A stretch of DNA of 64,000 nt from a virus, in the IMG/VR virus record IMGVR_UViG_3300023174_000050, positions 96,001-160,000 of that record, one strand, 5' to 3'. The position numbers and the translations under genes are program-made. Under the pieces are notes generated by a model. The model saw nothing but the letters and a program-made list of their open reading frames with translations. It was not told where the DNA came from and did no database searches. Of the stretch, positions 57,828 to 64,000 are shown in pieces. Every line of letters begins with the position of its first letter. Positions within the stretch are counted from its first letter, which is position 1.

Positions 57828-58907
57828 ATGTCTTTACTTGACAAATTGAAGAAAAATTCGACGATCAAGGAAACAGAGGTTTTAAATAAATCAAAATTCT
57901 TTCAAAAGAAAGATATGATTCAAACATCTGTTCCTATGATCAATGTGGCGCTGTCGGGAAGTTTAGAAGGTGGACTAACACCTGGTTTAACAGTTTTTGC
58001 TGGACCTTCCAAACATTTTAAGACAGCTTTTTCATTATTACTTGCGAAAGCTTATTTGGAAAAATATGAAGATGCTATTTTATTGTTTTATGATTCTGAG
58101 TTTGGTAGTCCTCAGTCTTATTTCGATAGTTTCGGAATTGATACGAACAGGGTATTACATACTCCTATAACAGATATTGAACAACTAAAGTTTGATATTA
58201 TGAGTCAAATTAATAATATTGAGCGAGGCGATCATGTTCTTATTTGTATTGATTCAGTAGGCAATCTTGCTTCTAAGAAAGAAGTTGATGATGCACTTGA
58301 AGGTAAATCTGTTGCAGATATGACCCGTGCTAAACAAATGAAATCTTTATTTAGAATGGTTACGCCGCATTTGACTATTAAAGATATTCCAATGGTCGTC
58401 GTTAATCATACTTATTCCGAAATTGGTCTGTTCCCTAAACAGATTGTATCCGGAGGAACAGGCATTTATTATTCCGCGGACAACATCTTTATTATTGGTC
58501 GCCAGCAAGAAAAAGATGGCACGGAGGTGGTGGGATACAACTTTATTGTGAATGTAGAAAAATCTAGATTTGTAAGAGAAAAATCTAAGATTCCTGTCGA
58601 GGTAACATTTGAGGGTGGTATTAGTACTTGGTCTGGTCTATTGGATGTAGCAATTGAAGGTAAGTTTGTTATTAAACCATCAAATGGTTGGTACTCAAAA
58701 GTAGATACAAAGACGGGCGAAACAGAAGAAAAAAAGTATCGTATCAAAGACACATACACAAAAGAATTCTGGATGCCTATTCTTCAATCAAAAGCATTCC
58801 GAGATTATATTGAAGGCCGCTATAAAGTAGCATCTATTGATATGGTTGGAACAGAAATGACAAACATAGATATAAGCGAGGAGTTCGAACATGCAAGTGA
58901 ATTATGA
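57828..58907 (+). CDS. uvsX: RecA-like recombinase UvsX
   Basis: AGPSKHFKT, YDSEFG, DSVGNLASKKE, SGGTGIYYSAD. Confidence 0.96.
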   Translation: MSLLDKLKKNSTIKETEVLNKSKFFQKKDMIQTSVPMINVALSGSLEGGLTPGLTVFAGPSKHFKTAFSLLLAKAYLEKYEDAILLFYDSEFGSPQSYFDSFGIDTNRVLHTPITDIEQLKFDIMSQINNIERGDHVLICIDSVGNLASKKEVDDALEGKSVADMTRAKQMKSLFRMVTPHLTIKDIPMVVVNHTYSEIGLFPKQIVSGGTGIYYSADNIFIIGRQQEKDGTEVVGYNFIVNVEKSRFVREKSKIPVEVTFEGGISTWSGLLDVAIEGKFVIKPSNGWYSKVDTKTGETEEKKYRIKDTYTKEFWMPILQSKAFRDYIEGRYKVASIDMVGTEMTNIDISEEFEHASEL

Positions 58908-59193
58908 ACCTTGGGTAATCAGAAAAGATGACGAGGAAATATGGGGCGTTAAATTATTGGATGGGGAATTTGCAGGTACTGCATTATCCATTAATGAATT
59001 AGATGAAAAAGATGGGTCAAAAGAATTGATCCTAGATTATACCGTGGTACAGCCACCCGACGGTATGACGGTTGAACAAGTTGCAGGAAGTAATTTTGAT
59101 GCAATTCTAAATTTTATTATTAGTGATATATTACAAAAGGCTGTCGATGAATACGAAAATAGAAAAGGTAATACTTCAGAATCTAGCGAATGA
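58891..59193 (+). CDS. Hypothetical protein between uvsX and gp41
   Basis: 100-aa acidic ORF at the T4 gp40 position. Confidence 0.6.
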   Translation: MQVNYEPWVIRKDDEEIWGVKLLDGEFAGTALSINELDEKDGSKELILDYTVVQPPDGMTVEQVAGSNFDAILNFIISDILQKAVDEYENRKGNTSESSE

Positions 59194-60559
59194 TGATGTG
59201 TTTATGAGAAAAGTAATCCCGTTTCTACAACGCGATTACTTTATAGAAAACACAGAAAAAATTGTTTATGAAAAGATAAAGAGTTTTATTGATGAGTATA
59301 ATGTAATCCCTACAAAGGATGCATTGGTAATTGCTGCACAAAATGATAAAACTTTAAATGAAGATCAGTATAAGGAAGTTGTGGAGCTTATACATGAACT
59401 AGAACCCACAGAACATAATAAAGATTGGCTTTATAAAGAAACAGAAAAATTCTGTAAAGATAAGGCAATCTATAATGCTATTCTACAATCTATTTCTATT
59501 ATAGATGGAAGAGATAAAGCAAGGTCCGAAGATGGTATTCCTCAATTATTGCAGGATGCACTCGGTGTTTGCTTTGACAATAATGTGGGACATGACTATA
59601 TTGAAAGCGCAGATAAACGATATGAATTCTATCACCGCGTAGAATCCAGAGTTCCTTTTGACTTAGATTACTTTAATAAAATTACCAATGGCGGAATGCC
59701 TAACAAGACTTTGAATGTCTGCCTAGCTGGTACCGGTGTTGGTAAATCTTTATTCATGTGCCATGTTGCTGCATCAGTACTCGCACAGAACAAAAATGTA
59801 TTATATATTACTTTAGAGATGGCAGAAGAAAGAATTGCAGAACGTATTGATGCAAATTTAATGAACATCACTATGGATCAGCTTAAAGATCTTCCTAAAT
59901 CTATTTTCGATAATCGTATTGAAAAGATTAAAGCAAAGACAGAAGGTACTTTAATCATTAAAGAATATCCTACAACTGGCGCACATACCGGACACTTTAA
60001 AGCATTGTTGAATGAGCTACAACTAAAGAGACAATTCAAACCTGATCTAATTGTTATTGATTACTTGAATATTTGCGCATCATCTAGATTTAAAGGTGGG
60101 GCAAATATTAATTCGTATACTTTAATTAAATCTATTGCTGAAGAACTTAGGGGGTTGGCAGTAGAAGAGAATGTTCCTATTCTATCTGCTACACAAACTA
60201 CAAGGGGTGGTTATGGTAATACGGATGTAGAATTAACAGATACTTCTGAATCTTTTGGTTTGCCTGCGACAGTAGATTTTATGTTTGCTTTGATATCCAC
60301 TGAGGATATGGAAAAGATGAATCAGTTAATGGTCAAACAACTTAAGAATAGATATAATGACCCTACACTTAATAAGAGATTTGTAATAGGTGTAGATAGA
60401 GCAAAAATGAAACTATATGATTTAGAACAATCTGCACAAAAAGGTTTGAGTGATTCTGGAATTGTTCACGAACGTCCTTCACATAAACCTGCAGTTGATC
60501 CGGCATTTGATGGAATTTTTAATAGTCCAAGACGAGACTTCTCAAAGATAAAGGTCTAA
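59147..60559 (+). CDS. gp41: Replicative helicase gp41
   Basis: AGTGVGKS, TLEMAEE, IDYLNI, ATQTTR, SESFGLPATVD, QLKNRY. Confidence 0.96.
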   Translation: MNTKIEKVILQNLANDDVFMRKVIPFLQRDYFIENTEKIVYEKIKSFIDEYNVIPTKDALVIAAQNDKTLNEDQYKEVVELIHELEPTEHNKDWLYKETEKFCKDKAIYNAILQSISIIDGRDKARSEDGIPQLLQDALGVCFDNNVGHDYIESADKRYEFYHRVESRVPFDLDYFNKITNGGMPNKTLNVCLAGTGVGKSLFMCHVAASVLAQNKNVLYITLEMAEERIAERIDANLMNITMDQLKDLPKSIFDNRIEKIKAKTEGTLIIKEYPTTGAHTGHFKALLNELQLKRQFKPDLIVIDYLNICASSRFKGGANINSYTLIKSIAEELRGLAVEENVPILSATQTTRGGYGNTDVELTDTSESFGLPATVDFMFALISTEDMEKMNQLMVKQLKNRYNDPTLNKRFVIGVDRAKMKLYDLEQSAQKGLSDSGIVHERPSHKPAVDPAFDGIFNSPRRDFSKIKV

Positions 60560-60560
60560 T

Positions 60561-60755
60561 ATGCAGAAATTAAGTAGCACTAGATTAACAACCAGTAATT
60601 TAAAATTAAAAGCAAATGTAAATAACACGATACAGGAAGTGGATACTCCAATCCCAATGAACATTTCAGATTTTAAGTCGAGCCAAAAATTAGAATCCAC
60701 TCAAAAGATTGAAGGCGTAGATTTAACTTATATTAAACATATAAATAAAATGTAA
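60561..60755 (+). CDS. Small hypothetical protein
   Basis: 64-aa ORF directly after gp41. Confidence 0.4.
   Translation: MQKLSSTRLTTSNLKLKANVNNTIQEVDTPIPMNISDFKSSQKLESTQKIEGVDLTYIKHINKM
60740..60747 (+). promoter_or_regulatory. Late promoter TATAAATA
   Basis: Exact consensus ~25 nt before the ORF at 60772. Confidence 0.7.
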
Positions 60756-60771
60756 CCAACAAGGAGGCGAT

Positions 60772-61284
60772 ATGCTAATTACTGTTAGTGGAGCGAAAGA
60801 TATGCATCTTACAAAACTACTAAAATTAGCAGCACGATCATTCGCAGACAAACTCCTGTCCTCTCAATTAGAAAAAAATATTTCAATTAAAATTAACATC
60901 AAAGAAAAACTTGATGCTGGCGGATATTGTGATTTTATAGAAGAAGGGTTACCTTGCCCTAGAAGGTTTGTAATAGACATTCAAAGAACAAAAAAGAAAA
61001 TACATATGTTTTCTGTACTTGCTCATGAAATGGTTCATCTTAAACAAATGGCTACGGGCGAGATGAAAGATAGATATAAAAAGACAAAATATGTAACAGT
61101 GTGGAGGGGAGAAACTTACGAAGACGATGTTCATTACTGGGATCAGCCTTGGGAGATTGAGGCATACGGTTTGGAAAATAGTCTTGTTGCAAAGTTTTTG
61201 ATAGAACACAACCAATTTAAAAATCTTAGACAGCGGCAAAAAGATTGGTTTGTGTATGAAGAAGATAATGTTTTGGATGATTGA
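60772..61284 (+). CDS. HExxH metallopeptidase-like protein
   Basis: LAHEMVHLKQ, YWDQPWEIEAY. Confidence 0.7.
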   Translation: MLITVSGAKDMHLTKLLKLAARSFADKLLSSQLEKNISIKINIKEKLDAGGYCDFIEEGLPCPRRFVIDIQRTKKKIHMFSVLAHEMVHLKQMATGEMKDRYKKTKYVTVWRGETYEDDVHYWDQPWEIEAYGLENSLVAKFLIEHNQFKNLRQRQKDWFVYEEDNVLDD

Positions 61285-61328
61285 TAGGAGTATATCATGT
61301 AATTCAAACTTAATTATAAGGAGAAGTA

Positions 61329-61508
61329 ATGGAACATTTTACATTTACATTTTATGATATAGTGCAAATCATTTTATTATTAGCAGCATGCTGGGCTTGT
61401 AAAATTAATGGATACCATCAGGGCATAACTGACACTGTTGGTTTTTTTGAAGATAAAGGTATTATAGAAATAACCGAAGACGCAGAAGTCCGAAAAACCA
61501 AAGATTAA
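61329..61508 (+). CDS. 59-aa single-TM protein (absent from ORF track)
   Basis: AAGGAG SD; translated by hand: MEHFTFTFYDIVQIILLLAACWAC...KTKD. Confidence 0.6.
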   Translation: MEHFTFTFYDIVQIILLLAACWACKINGYHQGITDTVGFFEDKGIIEITEDAEVRKTKD

Positions 61509-61519
61509 TAATAAATTAT

Positions 61520-61548
61520 TACCCCAGTAAGGACTGGGGTATTTTTTT
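61520..61548 (+). terminator. Rho-independent terminator
   Basis: TACCCCAGT-AAGG-ACTGGGGTA followed by T7. Confidence 0.9.
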
Positions 61549-61560
61549 GGCAGAAAATGC

Positions 61561-61589
61561 TTGACTTCTGATCCAAAAGGTATTATAAT
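61561..61589 (+). promoter_or_regulatory. Early sigma70 promoter
   Basis: TTGACT-17 nt-TATAAT; nearly identical to the promoter at 29683. Confidence 0.85.
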
Positions 61590-61613
61590 TATGGTTCGAA
61601 TGAGGAAAAGGTT

Positions 61614-61982
61614 ATGAATTTTTCAATTGGTGCGGATATAGAATTGACAACAAAATGGAGATCTAATCTCTTAGGTCAGGAGTTCGATATCAAGTCCTTT
61701 AAGGGCAAAGTAGTTCCTAATCCAAAATGGTTGGACGGGGATTACATATCTCTTCGTACAGGCAATCCAGAATATCCCATATCCTATATTCATAAGAAGT
61801 TTATAGTCGGGCATACTTTTACAGAAACAAGAAGCATAGCGCGCATATTTGTAGTCAAATCAAAATCGTCGGGCAAGACCTATAACGTCATGTCCGAAGA
61901 TGGCGAAGTTACTTGTGATTGTGTTGGTTTCCAATTCCGTAGAATGTGCAAACATTCTGCTAAAGTTAAGTCGGTGTTGTGA
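61614..61982 (+). CDS. SWIM zinc-finger protein
   Basis: CDC...CKH. Confidence 0.75.
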   Translation: MNFSIGADIELTTKWRSNLLGQEFDIKSFKGKVVPNPKWLDGDYISLRTGNPEYPISYIHKKFIVGHTFTETRSIARIFVVKSKSSGKTYNVMSEDGEVTCDCVGFQFRRMCKHSAKVKSVL

Positions 61983-62008
61983 AAGAACAACACTGCCAAA
62001 CTTTATGC

Positions 62009-62037
62009 TTGACACAGGATCGAATCGGTGTTATAAT
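62009..62037 (+). promoter_or_regulatory. Early sigma70 promoter
   Basis: TTGACA-17 nt-TATAAT with extended TG. Confidence 0.85.
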
Positions 62038-62098
62038 AGAGTTTGAGAGCAGATGCTTTCGGTGAAGTTTGTTTTTTTTTATTATTAAGGAGTATTTT

Positions 62099-62521
62099 AT
62101 GTTTTCAGTTGCCGGTGTTTCTACACAAAATGGTATCACAAAAGTTCGTTTCGCAAACGATATCGTATCCCGCACTAAGGTCTTGGCCAAGGGCGGACAT
62201 TCTCCCTTGGAACTCATTGAGTTGCCCAATCTAATGACTAAGTATGATGCTTGTCAGTATCTCTTAGATCGCGGTGGCGTATTTGCACAATGGTCTGGTC
62301 TTATCATCGAGACAATGTCCAAGAAAGATGACAAGGCCCCTGCTAAGCCCGTTAAGGCTCCTGCAAAGGCACCTGCTAAAAAGACAGCACCAGCGCCTAC
62401 TAAGACCCCTGCCCCAGCAAAGCAACCCAAAATTACTAAGCCTGCAAAAGCAGAAGACGATCTAGAAATTAAAGAGATCAAAACTCTTGCAGAAGTAATG
62501 GCAGAACCAGCATTAGTTTAA
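62099..62521 (+). CDS. Hypothetical early protein with Pro/Ala/Lys-rich tail
   Basis: TAAGGAG SD; KAPAKPVKAPAKAPAKK repeats. Confidence 0.7.
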   Translation: MFSVAGVSTQNGITKVRFANDIVSRTKVLAKGGHSPLELIELPNLMTKYDACQYLLDRGGVFAQWSGLIIETMSKKDDKAPAKPVKAPAKAPAKKTAPAPTKTPAPAKQPKITKPAKAEDDLEIKEIKTLAEVMAEPALV

Positions 62522-62534
62522 TTAGGAGAACAGC

Positions 62535-63098
62535 ATGCCCAATTGGTGCCAAAACGTATTGACTCTTACACATGAGAATCCAGAGGTTATCAAAAGGGCA
62601 GAATCTGCTTTTGTTAATGGTAAATTTTTAGAAGAATTTATTCCAACTCCCGAGGAGTTGAAATCGGATGATTCTACTACCCGAGGTGGACCTAATTCTG
62701 AGAAATATGATAAGTTGCGTGAACAACTATTAGACAAATATGGTTATGATAGTTGGTACCATTTTCGTATTAATGAATGGGGTACCAAATGGGATGTGGG
62801 CGATGCACACGGAATCAACGAAGTGTCCGAAAATTCGTTATGCGTTTATTTTGATTCTGCTTGGTCTCCTCCGATTGCAGCATATGAAAAACTAAGTGAC
62901 CTAATTGGGTTTAAAGTTGAAGCATATTACTGTGAAGAAGGTGTAGGATTCTGCGGTAAGTGGACCACTGAAGGTGGGGATGAGGAATATGAAATTCCTA
63001 GTTCTCTTGAAGAAATTAAAGAAAAAATTCCTGCAGAATTAGATGATATGTTTTGTATATCTGAAAATAAAGCAGAATTTGATGAAACTATAGATTGA
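62535..63098 (+). CDS. DUF1281-like protein
   Basis: MPNWC, WYHFRINEWGTKWD, FDSAWSPP, YYCEEG. Confidence 0.75.
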   Translation: MPNWCQNVLTLTHENPEVIKRAESAFVNGKFLEEFIPTPEELKSDDSTTRGGPNSEKYDKLREQLLDKYGYDSWYHFRINEWGTKWDVGDAHGINEVSENSLCVYFDSAWSPPIAAYEKLSDLIGFKVEAYYCEEGVGFCGKWTTEGGDEEYEIPSSLEEIKEKIPAELDDMFCISENKAEFDETID

Positions 63099-63115
63099 CC
63101 TAAATTTCTAATTGG

Positions 63116-63123
63116 TATAAATA
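63116..63123 (+). promoter_or_regulatory. Late promoter TATAAATA
   Basis: Exact consensus before the Gly-rich gene. Confidence 0.75.
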
Positions 63124-63147
63124 TACAGTATATCAATTAGGAATAAT

Positions 63148-64000
63148 ATGGAAATTGGTCAAGGTATAACAATATCTGGTGGTACTGCAATAAGTACCAC
63201 CAAACCTTCGTTTGGTCAGAATATTAATTTTTTATTAGTTGCAGGTGGCGGGGGAGGTGGTGGTTTGGCCTTTGGCGGTGGCGGTGGAGGCGGGGGATTT
63301 GTATCATCCACTACTACTATAAATGTTGGCACAAACTATAATGTAATAGTAGGTGCCGGCGGCGGTGTTGTTCAAAATTGGCCGAGTTATCCTAATTATG
63401 GGTATTGTGGTGATAACGGTGCAAATACCACGTTTAACGAAATAACAGCTGTCGGTGGTGGCGGTGGCGGAAATTATATTAGTCCTTTTGTAGGAACTCC
63501 TACATCTGGAAACCATGGCGGAAGCGGCGGTGGCGGCACTGCAGGTTCTAACCCAAACGGGTCTGGTGAAACTGCAGGTGGAGCTGGATATGATTATCCG
63601 TCACCTACTCAACAAGGTTATCCAGGGGGATATGGGAGGATGGGCCCATCGGGTGGCGGCTCAGGTGGCGGCGGTGGCGCTGGCGGATCAGGTGGGGTAA
63701 ATCCCGGGAGGTATAATGTTTCAGGCGGAGGCAATGGTGGCATTGGGCGACAGTGGTGGGATGGTAACTACTATGCTGGCGGTGGAGCTGGTGCTTCCAA
63801 TTTTTCAGCTCCAGGACAAAATTTAGGCGGCCTCGGAGGAGGCGGCAACAGCGGGGTATTCGACAACTCCTACGGTGCAAATAATAACGGTGCCAATGCA
63901 GCAATAAACACTGGCGGTGGAGGTGGTGGCGCAGCATGGTATAATTCTTCGGGGGTTCCTCCGGGATCACCAATCAATTCAATTGCAGGACAGGGCGGTT
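63148..64000 (+). CDS. Glycine-rich (likely virion/fibre) protein, 3'-truncated
   Basis: Read by hand as open to the window end: FLLVAGGGGGG, YNVIVGAGG, YYAGGGAG, NTGGGGGG. Confidence 0.8.
   Translation, partial: MEIGQGITISGGTAISTTKPSFGQNINFLLVAGGGGGGGLAFGGGGGGGGFVSSTTTINVGTNYNVIVGAGGGVVQNWPSYPNYGYCGDNGANTTFNEITAVGGGGGGNYISPFVGTPTSGNHGGSGGGGTAGSNPNGSGETAGGAGYDYPSPTQQGYPGGYGRMGPSGGGSGGGGGAGGSGGVNPGRYNVSGGGNGGIGRQWWDGNYYAGGGAGASNFSAPGQNLGGLGGGGNSGVFDNSYGANNNGANAAINTGGGGGGAAWYNSSGVPPGSPINSIAGQGG

Noticed and set aside
1275-62737. Many 60-120 aa minus-strand ORFs opposite core genes (e.g. 2098-2343, 5238-5549, 44273-44641)
   Set aside because: Shadow ORFs antisense to well-conserved genes; no SD or family motifs
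63304-63973. ORF-track calls in the terminal region
   Set aside because: By-products of the Gly-rich + strand gene starting at 63148 that runs off the window
1-64000. CRISPR arrays, tRNAs, introns, inteins, homing endonucleases, integrase, DGR
   Set aside because: None recognised by eye; gp17, UvsW, gp43 and gp41 have ordinary lengths. tRNAscan and CRISPR finders were not run
1-64000. Stop-codon recoding
   Set aside because: Core genes are full-length under the standard code and end in TAA, TAG or TGA

Overview
AT-rich segment of a large T4-like myophage genome, almost all on the + strand. The gene order resembles uncultured aquatic T4-like phages; the host cannot be determined from this window. 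Layout: (1) 1-13.5 kb neck, terminase, sheath, tube, portal and capsid genes (gp14-gp23, gp3) with TATAAATA late promoters; (2) uvsY, uvsW, gp55; (3) 17.4-25.6 kb 7-deazaguanine DNA-modification operon (queE, folE, dpdA, DpdL-like, queD; no queC seen) interleaved with two GT-B glycosyltransferases and galE; (4) gp47/gp46, 2OG oxygenase, VWA/MoxR pair; (5) ~14 kb glycan island (gmd, fcl, ColD-type dehydratase, many GTs, HldE-type kinase, Zn-ADH, fused TPP E1 alpha/beta); (6) gp45/44/62, regA, hsp20, a reverse-strand membrane-protein cassette, gp43, a secreted nuclease, uvsX, gp41; (7) small early genes and a truncated Gly-rich gene. Best leads: a possibly glycosylated deazaguanine DNA modification (one GT and DpdA end in the same clamp-binding-like LExLF motif as the polymerase), a preQ1-I-like pseudoknot leader on queD, a 219-codon overprinted ORF inside gp46, a kissing-loop RNA before hsp20, and a colitose or branched-sugar pathway. 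All calls come from motif recognition by eye; no database searches were run.
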